Origin: Thalia democratica
Taxonomy: Eukaryota
DNA: 64,000 bases
Direction of reading: 5' to 3'
Assembly: GCA_965202585.1 (NCBI GenBank)
Contig: OZ241832.1
Span: forward strand, 46,252,001 to 46,316,000
In this document: one piece after another, positions 9,314 through 26,172 of the stretch
How the letters are laid out: the number at the start of each line of letters is the position of its first letter
Position numbering within the stretch: position 1 is the first letter of the stretch
Translations under genes and position numbers: made by a program
Notes under the pieces: model-generated
Seen by the model: only the letters and a program-made list of their open reading frames with translations
Database searches by the model: none
Told to the model about the DNA's origin: nothing

Positions 9314-12300
9314 GAGCTGTTGTATGTTGGATCAATGATTCATACCGATCATATACATTTTTCGTTTATCTTAAACTTATCTTACTTTAAAAAAACATAA
9401 CTTAAAACAAACAGTTGAAGCAGTTTTGAGTCATCAAGTTGTGTCATACATAGTGTTCAATTGAGTTACAAAGCTGTATACTTCTTTTCCTTTGCATAAC
9501 GTTTCAGCTGTTAGTATTTTTATGTATTGATGTTTTTATTTGAAAAATCCATAAGCTACTATGTTCAAAAAAAAAGTCTAGGGTTTGTAAAACGAAAGAT
9601 TTAATGATGGTTGTACTGAAACTGTATGCTTTTGATTGTCTTTTTTTTGTTTTGAACAATCACAGTTGTTTACATTTATTTGTTGTATAACTTTGAAACT
9701 GTTTTTTATGTTAAGTTTTAAATTGAATTTCAACAAACATGATTAATATAGCTTTTTTAATTAAACCTCAAATGATCGAGTACTTTAATAATAATACAAA
9801 GTTTATTTAAAGTATAAAATAAAAACTAACTGTTTTATTTTAATTTCAAAATATAATCGTTACTTATAGTGACGTAGGACAAATTTTTAAAAACAAACTA
9901 AGTAGTTATTTAATGAAAAAAAAACAAGTATACAAAGTAAGCGTATATGAGAATAAGTTTTGTGCAAATAAAGAAGTTTTTAAGAAAAAGCCTACGGACA
10001 ACACACTGAAGTTAGTTGAAGCTTTTTATGAAACATTCAATTATAACTTATTCATAGAACTTGTTCAACGATTTAAACAATACTTTTAAAACATAACTAG
10101 CTCCTTTCTCAAAGTAGTTGAAAATGGTCAGATAAAATTACAAAAGCAATTATAAGGAGCTCAAAAAGCGTTATGTTTTATTCAACTAGCTCTAACTCTT
10201 ACTTTTGATCTTTTACCAGCACAAAGTTGTTAAAATTGTACACATATTTTGTTTAGTTAATGGTAGTTTAATACTGCTTAGTAGACATTAAAAGCTAGTT
10301 AAACAAATAGGTAGATTACCATAGATTTATAAAAAAGCATAGTAAAAAAAAAACTGTTAAAGCCGTTTTAAGCTATCAAATTTTATTATATGTGGCTTAG
10401 ATAAGTGATATGTACCATGAAAAAGTGATAGAATTAAATGATAACATCCTGTTACTTCTTTTGTACCAATTGATTTAGTTTGATTTAAATGTTGATGCTT
10501 TAACTTGATAAAGCTATAAGCAATGTTAAATCAATTAAACAATGCAATTTTTTTAAAGTTAAAGACTCGAATTGTTCTTTTTTGTTCATGTTGTATACTT
10601 GTTGATGTTGTTTTTTGCTTATGTTTTTTATGAGTTTTAAATTGCAATGCATGTTTTCAATTGTGTTTTAGTTGAAGTTTGAAGTTTTCTGAAACAAGAT
10701 CAAATAAAGCTGTGAACAATTTGAGTTCAATAAAACAGTTTTAAGCTTTGTAAAAAGATTTTGGTCGTGTTACTTCATGATTGTTGTACTGAGATCGCAA
10801 GTTTGTTAATGGTTTTCATTTTGACTTGAACATCTACTGTTGTTTACACATGTATATTTTACAACTCTAAACTGTTTTATATAGTTTGAAATACATGCAA
10901 TAAATAGTAATAAAAAATTCTAGAAGCTATTGATGAGATTTTTTTATAATAAACAAACTTAAGCTTATTTTGTTACAATTTAATGTATTATTTTCATTTA
11001 AAAATATAACATTTTTTTACGATGACGTAGAATTTTTTTTTTTAGATAAACTAAATATTTGTTAGATATTGCAAAAAGAAGTAAACAAAGTAAGCATAGT
11101 GGGAATAAGTATTGTTTGAAAAAATAACTTAACGAGAAAATCCTATGGACACAAAAATCAAGTTAGTTAATGCTTTTTGCAAAAGTTTAATTACATGTAG
11201 CGTAAGAGACTTAAGCGATGCATTTTAATTGCAACTAGCTCCATCCTCACAAGTAGTTTAAAATGTCATGTAAGAGAACCAAAACAATTGTAAGTACAAC
11301 AAAGTGACTAAAAAATAAAACATAAAAGTAAAACTTTAAGTAAAGTGTGTTATACAAACATTCTATATGAACTTTTACCTTGCTTTTGGGCTTTCACCAG
11401 CACAAGGAACATTAAGTTTGGTACATTTTTGTCGTTTAGTTAGAGATTGTTTAACACTGCTTAGTGGGCATTAGTAAACAGTTAAATTAAGTGGTTGTCC
11501 TGATAACTTTACATTTATAACAAAAATAACTAATGACAAACTGTTTAAGTCGTTTTAAGTCATCAAGTTGTCTCACATGTAGTTGTAACAAGTAACACAA
11601 ATGAATGGTAAGAAGCTGTTACTTCTTTTCCTGTGTACCATGTTTCAGCTAATGAATTGGTTTGTTTCATATGTTTGAATAGTTAAGCAACCTAATAAAT
11701 AGAAGTCGTCTTTGGAAAATTATAGTTTTAGGTATATACTTTCATCATTTATTTAAGCTGTTTTTGTTTAGGTCAATTGTGTGCTTGTTGATAGTATTAT
11801 GTTTCTTTTGAACAATCGATGTTGTTTACATTTATGTATTGTAATGTATGAATTTTGAATAGCTATGCATGTTTTTGATTGTAATTGAACAATACTTTTA
11901 TGGAACGTTAACATTTTTTTTTTGTTGTTAACAGTTGAAAACATTTTCTATTAATATTTCAGTGAAGTTTTATTGTTATTATTTTCATTAAAAAATATAA
12001 CTAGTTTTTACAGTGACGTAGCATAACTTTACTTTAATAAACTAAAAAACAAATAATTATTGAATGATAAACGAACAAAAGTCCACAAAATAAGCATGAA
12101 TAAGAATGAGTTCCTTGATTAAATGAGATAACAAGAAAAAGACCACGAAAAACACGTTCAAGTTAGTTAAAGATTTTCACTAAGCATTCAAGTACCTTAA
12201 GCAATGAGTTAAGGATTAGAGCAGTGATCACACTAGTTTCCTTCGTAAAAGTTACATCAAAAACAAAGTAAAAGTGGAGAAATCATAGCAAGCTTAACTA

Positions 12301-14145
12301 TTTAACTAACAATGGAAAGCGATAAAATATAAATTTAAAGTGAGATGTGGTGTTCTTGGATCGTTTATAAGCATAAAGTGGATTAAGAATGAAATTGTGT
12401 GAGTTTAGTAGACATTAGCAGCTTGTATAACTGATTGGTGGTGCACGTAAGCTTTAGACTTATGGAAAGAATGATTACAGTAGTTTTTATTTGTGTCATG
12501 TACAGCCTAAAAACGAGATACAAAAAATGGTAACAACTTTTTTTCTTTGTATCATGTTTTTATGTGTAGTTGTTTTTATTTGATAAAGCCACTAACAATT
12601 TGAGTTGAACACACCATCCTAAGGTTAATACAAATATTTCAACAGTACTGTTAAATTGTTGTTATACTTAAATTGAATGTTTGTTTGAAAAAACGCTGTT
12701 TTTTACATAAATGAATTGTACAACTTTTAATAACTTTTTAACGGTTTCAGTTGCATTCTTATTAACAAGATTAATACATTTTGAAAATAAAATCCAAGTT
12801 TAGTTGCTGTAATTGAGTCAAGTAAGTATATATTATTGCAAAGTTAAGTTTTTCTCTCATTGTAATTGAATGTATTATTTTCATTCAAACTTTTATTTTT
12901 ACTTTTAAGTGACATAGCACTATTTCTTTTAATAAACAAAATTCAAATTTTTTTAAATGTTTGAAAAACAAGTCCACAAAGTAGAATGAATCAAAACAAG
13001 TTTTGTTTAAACAAGAAAATGCCTATGGAAATTTTTACCTAACACTTAGATACTAAATATTATTCCACAGTTTAAGCAATGATTTCAAACATAACTAGCT
13101 CTTTCTCAAAAAGAGTTTCATCAAGTAAAAGTAAAAAAAAAACTATAGTAAGTGTAACTAAGTGGTAAGACAGGAAAACAGGGATATTATCACTCATAAG
13201 TAAACTGTATTATCCAAGTATACTAACTGTTAATCCACCAACACAATGTAGATTAAGGTTTGTACATTTTGTCGTTTTATTAAGGCTTGTTTGACACAGT
13301 TTAGAGACTCTAGTAGCTGGTTAAATCAATTGGTTGTCCTGATTACTTTAGATTTAAGGCAAATATAAACTAAACTAAAGCATTATAGTTGTTTTAGGTC
13401 ATCAAGTTGTATCATATCTAGTTTTTACCTTAAAATATATGAAACAAGTGGTACAAGCTGTTACTTTTTTTATTTTGTACCATGTTTCAGCTAATGAATT
13501 GACTTGTTTCATATGGTGGCGTTTTAACTTGACAATATATCTAAACAAGCTAAGTTTATGTTAGCTTTGTAAGAAAGAATAATTAACTGTACTTGAAAAT
13601 CACACTTGTTATTTTTGTTCTGAACTTTTACTTCCATTTTTGTACTTTCAAAAACGTGTTCCACGGTTTCAATCGCATTCAAAATGTTAAGAAGAACACA
13701 CTTGAAAAGTTATAGCTCATTGTGTTACTTACAAACAACAAAAACTTAAAAAGATAATTTAAGTTGTTTTTTTTTTGTTATAAGTTGAACATAAAGTTTT
13801 TTTAAAAACGAATACACTTACTTACTGAATGTTTTAACAGAAGTTCAACAAATGAATAAGAAGTAGTTTTCTTTATAAAAAATGTTAAGAAGAAAATAAC
13901 TTACGGACAATATATTCAAGTTAGTTAAACCTTTTTTGCAAATATTTTTATTGCTACTACTATTTTTTTCATGTTAGATTTATTCCATAATGTAAGAGTT
14001 GAGTAGGACAAAATAGTTTGTCTTTTTATTTGTATAAATATCAATATGTTGGTATTACTGTTAAAGCAAATTTTACTTACAAGTAGTTATCTAATAGCTG
14101 GTTTTATTCAAATGGTGGTCCTAAAAAGGACCGGTTGTTGAGCAT

Positions 14146-14505
14146 TTATTTTGAGCTGGTGTATTTGGTAACAGCTTTAGTTCCTTCTGAAACTGCGTGC
14201 TTTGACAACTCGCCGGGGAGCAAGAGCCTGACAGCAGTTTGAATTTCGCGGCTGCTCACAGTTGACCTCTTGTTGTAATGAGCCAAACGTGAAGCCTCTG
14301 CTGCAATGCGCTCGAAGATGTCGTTGACAAAAGAGTTCATGATTCCCATCGCCTTGCTGGAGATTCCGGTGTCGGGGTGCACTTGCTTCAAAACTTTGTA
14401 CACGTAAATGCCAAAGCTTTGTTTGTGCCTCCTCCTTCGCTTCTTCTTGCCGTCGACCGGAGTGGTCTTGGCTACTGATTTCTTCGCGCCTTTGGTAGCT
14501 GTCAT
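14146..14505 (-). CDS. H2B: Histone H2B (unit 2)
   Basis: Protein identical to unit 1. Confidence 0.97.
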   Translation of the reverse strand: MTATKGAKKSVAKTTPVDGKKKRRRRHKQSFGIYVYKVLKQVHPDTGISSKAMGIMNSFVNDIFERIAAEASRLAHYNKRSTVSSREIQTAVRLLLPGELSKHAVSEGTKAVTKYTSSK

Positions 14506-14647
14506 AATGATGAGTGAACTTGAGTCTCGGCGCTGGTATATATACTGAAAATTTATGCAAATTAGCAGTTCTGTACGCGAACGACCGCTTCTCTCGTTTG
14601 TCGTAAATGTTTTAGGTGGTCCTGAAAAGGACCTGGGATGTTTAAAC

Positions 14648-15028
14648 TTAGGCGGACTTTTTTGAAGCGGTCTTCTTAGGCAATAATACTGCCTGGATGT
14701 TTGGAAGAACACCACCTTGAGCAATAGTGACGCCTCCGAGAAGTTTGTTCAACTCTTCGTCGTTGCGGATAGCTAGTTGCAAATGGCGAGGAATGATCCT
14801 GCTTTTCTTGTTGTCACGAGCAGCGTTACCGGCAAGCTCGAGCACTTCTGCGCTCAAGTACTCGAGAACGGCAGCCAGATAAACTGGAGCACCAGCTCCG
14901 ACTCTTTGGCTGTAGTTGCCAGTGCGCAACAGACGGTGCACGCGACCGACTGGAAACTGCAGTCCTGCACGAGAAGACCTGCTCTTCGGCTTAGATTTGA
15001 GTTTTGATCCTTTACCACGTCCCGACAT
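14648..15028 (-). CDS. H2A: Histone H2A (unit 2)
   Basis: Protein identical to unit 1. Confidence 0.97.
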   Translation of the reverse strand: MSGRGKGSKLKSKPKSRSSRAGLQFPVGRVHRLLRTGNYSQRVGAGAPVYLAAVLEYLSAEVLELAGNAARDNKKSRIIPRHLQLAIRNDEELNKLLGGVTIAQGGVLPNIQAVLLPKKTASKKSA

Positions 15029-15207
15029 GTTGTTGTTCGAATGATTGTGCAATGTTACTTCCACAGCTACATATACAACTCAAACCTAACCGCGACGAAC
15101 GAAAAGCTAATTTGCATAAATCGTAGCTGCTACTTTAATTTGTCAATGGTTGCAAAATACATTTTATTGATATAGGTGGTCCTAAAAAGGACCGGTTCGC
15201 TAATTGT

Positions 15208-15582
<375 letters not shown>

Positions 15583-15704
15583 TTACGACAAAACTCATTT
15601 GCATACCAAAAAGAAACATCTTTAATTTACATTATTTCGTTTGGTTTTTGTCTCATTTTCAAAGTTTAAAGGTGGTCCTGAATAGGACCGGTTTTAGCCA
15701 ATTC

Positions 15705-16217
<513 letters not shown>

Positions 16218-16298
16218 TTAGTAACACTGTTTACGTTTTAAATTTTGTTTATACTTTAATTGAGTGGTCCTGAAAAGGACCTTGGGTAAAAGAACAAC

Positions 16299-16883
16299 TT
16301 ATTTCTTGCAGCTCTTCTTGGTACTTGCCTTCTTAGATGCTTTTTTGGCTGCCGGCTTCTTCTTTGTTACTTTCTTCTTCTTGCTTGCAGCTTTTTTAGA
16401 TGCTGCCTTCTTAGGAGCACACTTTTTAGCAGGTCGCTTTTTGGCTGCTGGTTTTTTTGCTGCCTTCTTGGGAGCACACTTCTTCACTCGTTTTTTAGCT
16501 GCGGTCTTCTTTACTGCTGGCTTTTTAGCTACTTTTTTTGTCCTCTTCTTGGGACCAGCAGCTGGCATTGGAGCAAGCTTGAACGAGCCAGAAGCGCCTT
16601 TTCCAGTAGTCTGGAGAAAAGCACCCTTGGTCACGCCGCTGGTAAGTGCTCTCTTCAAGTGAGAATTAGAAGCTGAGAGCTCAAGCTTGTAGGTTTCCGC
16701 GATAAACTTTTGTATCTTCTGGCGGGATGTACCTTTTCGTTCTTTCATTGCTCCCAGGGCAGAGCTGATCATTTCCCTGTAAGTCGGGTGTTCTGCCTTC
16801 TTGGCGCTTGGTCTCTTGGAAGACCTGGCCTTAACTGCGGCCGGTGCCGCTGCTGATGGTGCTGCTACTGCTGTTGTAGACAT
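16299..16883 (-). CDS. H1: Histone H1 (unit 2)
   Basis: Protein identical to unit 1. Confidence 0.96.
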   Translation of the reverse strand: MSTTAVAAPSAAAPAAVKARSSKRPSAKKAEHPTYREMISSALGAMKERKGTSRQKIQKFIAETYKLELSASNSHLKRALTSGVTKGAFLQTTGKGASGSFKLAPMPAAGPKKRTKKVAKKPAVKKTAAKKRVKKCAPKKAAKKPAAKKRPAKKCAPKKAASKKAASKKKKVTKKKPAAKKASKKASTKKSCKK

Positions 16884-19068
16884 TTTGTATGTTGATTAAA
16901 GAAAGCAAAACAATACTTTCAGCAGTTACTGACTGTGACGAATTGACTGTTGAGCAGTTTTGCTTTCTCAGGTACCTTTTACTGATTAATACGAACATTA
17001 GCGTGTGAGTTTAAAGCCTGTATGCTAATAAAAGCAAAGTTGCTTTACTACTAATGTTAAAAATGTTCCAGTGATAAAGAAACAAGACTTAGCCCGATCC
17101 AGAAGTGAATTTTTTTTTAAAGGTTAGCTTTAAAAGTCCAGAAAAACAGTCTAAATGCTACAGCACATCTCTCCATTTAGTGAGATAAACCACAAATGAA
17201 ACAAATTATACTACTACACACCCGACTTAGTTTTCTTAAGCTGAAAGGTTAAAGTAGTAAAGTTTTAGACAAGGACAAGTGTTTTTTTTCATCTCAAGCT
17301 CAAGCAAAGTTTTATTATTTTATTTCCAGCCAGCTTTGTTAACCGTAAAACCCATGAAGTATGTTTAACTTGATTACATTTTAAACTGTGCTGATTTGTA
17401 AAAAAAAACCGAAAAATGCACAAGTATTCGTTTTGTGTGATTTTACTAGTTATCATTACCTTAAATTTACTCATAATAAAAAGGGTAGTACTAAAAAAAT
17501 TAATTACACCATCTAATTCAATTTAACTACTTAAGTTTTAAGTTTGTTCTTGCACATACTAGTCACTTACCTTCTCAAAAACGCGCTGAACATATAAAAA
17601 GTTACAAACACATCAAAAGTTACAAACAAAAGTTTAAAAGCAAGTAGGTTTGTTTTAAAAAGTGCCAATAAGTTTATGTAAAAAGAAAGTAGTTACACAG
17701 TTAAAAGTATTTAAAATAACTTTTCAAACTGTTTGTTTTAGTTTTTCAACAACGTTTTATCTGTTATACTCGAAACTGAACTAAGACTTTTCTTTGCAGA
17801 TTTTACAAATAGATTTGATCGTAACTTTCCAAAGCAAGATAAAACTGTTTACATTTAAATAAACATCAGTACTGTTCAAAGAATTTTTGCAAGACCAAAA
17901 TATCAATACGAAGTTATTAAAAAGTTTCTTATCAATGCTTATTACGAGAAGAAAAGTCTTACGTAAAAAAAGATGTTAGGCTTATTTTTAAAGCATATTA
18001 AAAAAGAAGCGTTCCTAAACAAAAAAAAGTTAAAAATCAAACAGTATTGAAGCAATAATCTTTCAAAACTCATTTGAAAACCTTAATGTTTAGATAAACT
18101 TTCGTGTACAATCAGTACTTAAAAGGTTGCAATGTGTTTAACAAAGTAAATGTTTTTTAGAGTAATACAGTTAAAGTTTATTATTCCAAAGTTTGTTTCG
18201 TCGTTTCAAAACTAGATAAAACAAATTGAAACACCTTCACTACATATTTTGAAGCATCGTCAACTGATCAAAGAAACAAAACTACAATTCGAGTAAAATA
18301 AAAATGACTTGACCAAATAATGAAGCAGTATGATCGAAGAAGTGTATACGTTTTAAGTTAAAGTATGTTTAACTCAATTACAACTGCTCAACTACTAAAA
18401 GTAGCTTCTAAGTGTACTAAAAACTAGATTCACCGCAATGTTCTGCACAATGTAGGCAGTTGACTAAATGTTTTGCTATGATTAATTCTAAAAAGATTGT
18501 TAAACCATTACTAGTTATCTCTGACTTGGTATTAATGTTAATCCAAGCTCATTATAAACAAGTTATCTTTTGTTCTCAGGTGTTTCGAACACTTCTGTTG
18601 TAACAACAGCATTTGAGTTTGTAAAAACATGACCAATATGTTTTAGTTATTGCTTTGTCTTTTAATTTATGATCTTTTCTTATCTCAAACATGTACATTG
18701 CTTAATCACTTATACTATCGTAGAACTTGTACAAACAAACTTAAGTAGTGTTAAACTACATATGCTTTTTAGTTTAGCTAATTAGTTATTTTGTATGTAG
18801 TATAAAACTAGTTAATTTCTGTCTTATAATGTTGCTATGTCGTTACACTGTAATGATATTGTGTACTCTAACAACTAAAAATCAAAGCTGAATAGTTTTA
18901 TGAAGCTTGAAGCTAAGAAAAAAATGTGAAAAGTAAAGACTAGAAAGGCTTAATTTATTTTAATTAGTTAGAACAAAGTGGGCTCTAAACATAAGAAACA
19001 CTTAAGCTAACATTCTACAAGTTTCAGACAGCTTATTTGTTTATGATCGCTTTTTTTTGCTGCTAGAC

Positions 19069-19179
19069 GCCTACGACCATACCACACTGAACGCACCCCA
19101 TCTCGTCCGATCTGGGAAGTTAAGCAGTGTCTTAGTACTTGATGGGTGACCGCTTGGGAATACCGCGTGCCGTAGGCTT
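19069..19179 (+). rRNA. 5S: 5S rRNA-derived gene, internally deleted (unit 2)
   Basis: Same sequence and deletions as unit 1. Confidence 0.92.
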
Positions 19180-22100
19180 TTCTTTTTGAGCTGTTGTATG
19201 TTGGATCAATGATTCATACCGATCATATACATTTTTCGTTTATCTTAAACTTATCTTACTTTAAAAAAACATAACTTAAAACAAACAGTTGAAGCAGTTT
19301 TGAGTCATCAAGTTGTGTCATACATAGTGTTCAATTGAGTTACAAAGCTGTATACTTCTTTTCCTTTGCATAACGTTTCAGCTGTTAGTATTTTTATGTA
19401 TTGATGTTTTTATTTGAAAAATCCATAAGCTACTATGTTCAAAAAAAAAGTCTAGGGTTTGTAAAACGAAAGATTTAATGATGGTTGTACTGAAACTGTA
19501 TGCTTTTGATTGTCTTTTTTTTGTTTTGAACAATCACAGTTGTTTACATTTATTTGTAGTATAACTTTGAAACTGTTTTTTATGTTAAGTTTTAAATTGA
19601 ATTTCAACAAACATGATTAATATAGCTTTTTTAATTAAACCTCAAATGATCGAGTACTTTAATAATAATACAAAGTTTATTTAAAGTATAAAATAAAAAC
19701 TAACTGTTTTATTTTAATTTCAAAATATAATCGTTACTTATAGTGACGTAGGACAAATTTTTAAAAACAAACTAAGTAGTTATTTAATGAAAAAAAAACA
19801 AGTATACAAAGTAAGCGTATATGAGAATAAGTTTTGTGCAAATAAAGAAGTTTTTAAGAAAAAGCCTACGGACAACACACTGAAGTTAGTTGAAGCTTTT
19901 TATGAAACATTCAATTATAACTTATTCATAGAACTTGTTCAACGATTTAAACAATACTTTTAAAACATAACTAGCTCCTTTCTCAAAGTAGTTGAAAATG
20001 GTCAGATAAAATTACAAAAGCAATTATAAGGAGCTCAAAAAGCGTTATGTTTTATTCAACTAGCTCTAACTCTTACTTTTGATCTTTTACCAGCACAAAG
20101 TTGTTAAAATTGTACACATATTTTGTTTAGTTAATGGTAGTTTAATACTGCTTAGTAGACATTAAAAGCTAGTTAAACAAATAGGTAGATTACCATAGAT
20201 TTATAAAAAAGCATAGTAAAAAAAAAACTGTTAAAGCCGTTTTAAGCTATCAAATTTTATTATATGTGGCTTAGATAAGTGATATGTACCATGAAAAAGT
20301 GATAGAATTAAATGATAACATCCTGTTACTTCTTTTGTACCAATTGATTTAGTTTGATTTAAATGTTGATGCTTTAACTTGATAAAGCTATAAGCAATGT
20401 TAAATCAATTAAACAATGCAATTTTTTTAAAGTTAAAGACTCGAATTGTTCTTTTTTGTTCATGTTGTATACTTGTTGATGTTGTTTTTTGCTTATGTTT
20501 TTTATGAGTTTTAAATTGCAATGCATGTTTTCAATTGTGTTTTAGTTGAAGTTTGAAGTTTTCTGAAACAAGATCAAATAAAGCTGTGAACAATTTGAGT
20601 TCAATAAAACAGTTTTAAGCTTTGTAAAAAGATTTTGGTCGTGTTACTTCATGATTGTTGTACTGAGATCGCAAGTTTGTTAATGGTTTTCATTTTGACT
20701 TGAACATCTACTGTTGTTTACACATGTATATTTTACAACTCTAAACTGTTTTATATAGTTTGAAATACATGCAATAAATAGTAATAAAAAATTCTAGAAG
20801 CTATTGATGAGATTTTTTTATAATAAACAAACTTAAGCTTATTTTGTTACAATTTAATGTATTATTTTCATTTAAAAATATAACATTTTTTTACGATGAC
20901 GTAGAATTTTTTTTTTTAGATAAACTAAATATTTGTTAGATATTGCAAAAAGAAGTAAACAAAGTAAGCATAGTGGGAATAAGTATTGTTTGAAAAAATA
21001 ACTTAACGAGAAAATCCTATGGACACAAAAATCAAGTTAGTTAATGCTTTTTGCAAAAGTTTAATTACATGTAGCGTAAGAGACTTAAGCGATGCATTTT
21101 AATTGCAACTAGCTCCATCCTCACAAGTAGTTTAAAATGTCATGTAAGAGAACCAAAACAATTGTAAGTACAACAAAGTGACTAAAAAATAAAACATAAA
21201 AGTAAAACTTTAAGTAAAGTGTGTTATACAAACATTCTATATGAACTTTTACCTTGCTTTTGGGCTTTCACCAGCACAAGGAACATTAAGTTTGGTACAT
21301 TTTTGTCGTTTAGTTAGAGATTGTTTAACACTGCTTAGTGGGCATTAGTAAACAGTTAAATTAAGTGGTTGTCCTGATAACTTTACATTTATAACAAAAA
21401 TAACTAATGACAAACTGTTTAAGTCGTTTTAAGTCATCAAGTTGTCTCACATGTAGTTGTAACAAGTAACACAAATGAATGGTAAGAAGCTGTTACTTCT
21501 TTTCCTGTGTACCATGTTTCAGCTAATGAATTGGTTTGTTTCATATGTTTGAATAGTTAAGCAACCTAATAAATAGAAGTCGTCTTTGGAAAATTATAGT
21601 TTTAGGTATATACTTTCATCATTTATTTAAGCTGTTTTTGTTTAGGTCAATTGTGTGCTTGTTGATAGTATTATGTTTCTTTTGAACAATCGATGTTGTT
21701 TACATTTATGTATTGTAATGTATGAATTTTGAATAGCTATGCATGTTTTTGATTGTAATTGAACAATACTTTTATGGAACGTTAACATTTTTTTTTTGTT
21801 GTTAACAGTTGAAAACATTTTCTATTAATATTTCAGTGAAGTTTTATTGTTATTATTTTCATTAAAAAATATAACTAGTTTTTACAGTGACGTAGCATAA
21901 CTTTACTTTAATAAACTAAAAAACAAATAATTATTGAATGATAAACGAACAAAAGTCCACAAAATAAGCATGAATAAGAATGAGTTCCTTGATTAAATGA
22001 GATAACAAGAAAAAGACCACGAAAAACACGTTCAAGTTAGTTAAAGATTTTCACTAAGCATTCAAGTACCTTAAGCAATGAGTTAAGGATTAGAGCAGTG

Positions 22101-24019
22101 ATCACACTAGTTTCCTTCGTAAAAGTTACATCAAAAACAAAGTAAAAGTGGAGAAATCATAGCAAGCTTAACTATTTAACTAACAATGGAAAGCGATAAA
22201 ATATAAATTTAAAGTGAGATGTGGTGTTCTTGGATCGTTTATAAGCATAAAGTGGATTAAGAATGAAATTGTGTGAGTTTAGTAGACATTAGCAGCTTGT
22301 ATAACTGATTGGTGGTGCACGTAAGCTTTAGACTTATGGAAAGAATGATTACAGTAGTTTTTATTTGTGTCATGTACAGCCTAAAAACGAGATACAAAAA
22401 ATGGTAACAACTTTTTTTCTTTGTATCATGTTTTTATGTGTAGTTGTTTTTATTTGATAAAGCCACTAACAATTTGAGTTGAACACACCATCCTAAGGTT
22501 AATACAAATATTTCAACAGTACTGTTAAATTGTTGTTATACTTAAATTGAATGTTTGTTTGAAAAAACGCTGTTTTTTACATAAATGAATTGTACAACTT
22601 TTAATAACTTTTTAACGGTTTCAGTTGCATTCTTATTAACAAGATTAATACATTTTGAAAATAAAATCCAAGTTTAGTTGCTGTAATTGAGTCAAGTAAG
22701 TATATATTATTGCAAAGTTAAGTTTTTCTCTCATTGTAATTGAATGTATTATTTTCATTCAAACTTTTATTTTTACTTTTAAGTGACATAGCACTATTTC
22801 TTTTAATAAACAAAATTCAAATTTTTTTAAATGTTTGAAAAACAAGTCCACAAAGTAGAATGAATCAAAACAAGTTTTGTTTAAACAAGAAAATGCCTAT
22901 GGAAATTTTTACCTAACACTTAGATACTAAATATTATTCCACAGTTTAAGCAATGATTTCAAACATAACTAGCTCTTTCTCAAAAAGAGTTTCATCAAGT
23001 AAAAGTAAAAAAAAAACTATAGTAAGTGTAACTAAGTGGTAAGACAGGAAAACAGGGATATTATCACTCATAAGTAAACTGTATTATCCAAGTATACTAA
23101 CTGTTAATCCACCAACACAATGTAGATTAAGGTTTGTACATTTTGTCGTTTTATTAAGGCTTGTTTGACACAGTTTAGAGACTCTAGTAGCTGGTTAAAT
23201 CAATTGGTTGTCCTGATTACTTTAGATTTAAGGCAAATATAAACTAAACTAAAGCATTATAGTTGTTTTAGGTCATCAAGTTGTATCATATCTAGTTTTT
23301 ACCTTAAAATATATGAAACAAGTGGTACAAGCTGTTACTTTTTTTCTTTTGTACCATGTTTCAGCTAATGAATTGACTTGTTTCATATGGTGGCGTTTTA
23401 ACTTGACAATATATCTAAACAAGCTAAGTTTATGTTAGCTTTGTAAGAAAGAATAATTAACTGTACTTGAAAATCACACTTGTTATTTTTGTTCTGAACT
23501 TTTACTTCCATTTTTGTACTTTCAAAAACGTGTTCCACGGTTTCAATCGCATTCAAAATGTTAAGAAGAACACACTTGAAAAGTTATAGCTCATTGTGTT
23601 ACTTACAAACAACAAAAACTTAAAAAGATAATTTAAGTTGTTTTTTTTTTGTTATAAGTTGAACATAAAGTTTTTTTAAAAACGAATACACTTACTTACT
23701 GAATGTTTTAACAGAAGTTCAACAAATGAATAAGAAGTAGTTTTCTTTATAAAAAATGTTAAGAAGAAAATAACTTACGGACAATATATTCAAGTTAGTT
23801 AAACCTTTTTTGCAAATATTTTTATTGCTACTACTATTTTTTTCATGTTAGATTTATTCCATAATGTAAGAGTTGAGTAGGACAAAATAGTTTGTCTTTT
23901 TATTTGTATAAATATCAATATGTTGGTATTACTGTTAAAGCAAATTTTACTTACAAGTAGTTATCTAATAGCTGGTTTTATTCAAATGGTGGTCCTAAAA
24001 AGGACCGGTTGTTGAGCAT

Positions 24020-24379
24020 TTATTTTGAGCTGGTGTATTTGGTAACAGCTTTAGTTCCTTCTGAAACTGCGTGCTTTGACAACTCGCCGGGGAGCAAGAG
24101 CCTGACAGCAGTTTGAATTTCGCGGCTGCTCACAGTTGACCTCTTGTTGTAATGAGCCAAACGTGAAGCCTCTGCTGCAATGCGCTCGAAGATGTCGTTG
24201 ACAAAAGAGTTCATGATTCCCATCGCCTTGCTGGAGATTCCGGTGTCGGGGTGCACTTGCTTCAAAACTTTGTACACGTAAATGCCAAAGCTTTGTTTGT
24301 GCCTCCTCCTTCGCTTCTTCTTGCCGTCGACCGGAGTGGTCTTGGCTACTGATTTCTTCGCGCCTTTGGTAGCTGTCAT
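24020..24379 (-). CDS. H2B: Histone H2B (unit 3)
   Basis: Protein identical to unit 1. Confidence 0.97.
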   Translation of the reverse strand: MTATKGAKKSVAKTTPVDGKKKRRRRHKQSFGIYVYKVLKQVHPDTGISSKAMGIMNSFVNDIFERIAAEASRLAHYNKRSTVSSREIQTAVRLLLPGELSKHAVSEGTKAVTKYTSSK

Positions 24380-24521
24380 AATGATGAGTGAACTTGAGTC
24401 TCGGCGCTGGTATATATACTGAAAATTTATGCAAATTAGCAGTTCTGTACGCGAACGACCGCTTCTCTCGTTTGTCGTAAATGTTTTAGGTGGTCCTGAA
24501 AAGGACCTGGGATGTTTAAAC

Positions 24522-24902
24522 TTAGGCGGACTTTTTTGAAGCGGTCTTCTTAGGCAATAATACTGCCTGGATGTTTGGAAGAACACCACCTTGAGCAATA
24601 GTGACGCCTCCGAGAAGTTTGTTCAACTCTTCGTCGTTGCGGATAGCTAGTTGCAAATGGCGAGGAATGATCCTGCTTTTCTTGTTGTCACGAGCAGCGT
24701 TACCGGCAAGCTCGAGCACTTCTGCGCTCAAGTACTCGAGAACGGCAGCCAGATAAACTGGAGCACCAGCTCCGACTCTTTGGCTGTAGTTGCCAGTGCG
24801 CAACAGACGGTGCACGCGACCGACTGGAAACTGCAGTCCTGCACGAGAAGACCTGCTCTTCGGCTTAGATTTGAGTTTTGATCCTTTACCACGTCCCGAC
24901 AT
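24522..24902 (-). CDS. H2A: Histone H2A (unit 3)
   Basis: Protein identical to unit 1. Confidence 0.97.
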   Translation of the reverse strand: MSGRGKGSKLKSKPKSRSSRAGLQFPVGRVHRLLRTGNYSQRVGAGAPVYLAAVLEYLSAEVLELAGNAARDNKKSRIIPRHLQLAIRNDEELNKLLGGVTIAQGGVLPNIQAVLLPKKTASKKSA

Positions 24903-25081
24903 GTTGTTGTTCGAATGATTGTGCAATGTTACTTGCACAGCTACATATACAACTCAAACCTAACCGCGACGAACGAAAAGCTAATTTGCATAAATCGTAG
25001 CTGCTACTTTAATTTGTCAATGGTTGCAAAATACATTTTATTGATATAGGTGGTCCTAAAAAGGACCGGTTCGCTAATTGT

Positions 25082-25456
<375 letters not shown>

Positions 25457-25578
25457 TTACGACAAAACTCATTTGCATACCAAAAAGAAACATCTTTAAT
25501 TTACATTATTTCGTTTGGTTTTTGTCTCATTTTCAAAGTTTAAAGGTGGTCCTGAATAGGACCGGTTTTAGCCAATTC

Positions 25579-26091
<513 letters not shown>

Positions 26092-26172
26092 TTAGTAACA
26101 CTGTTTACGTTTTAAATTTTGTTTATACTTTAATTGAGTGGTCCTGAAAAGGACCTTGGGTAAAAGAACAAC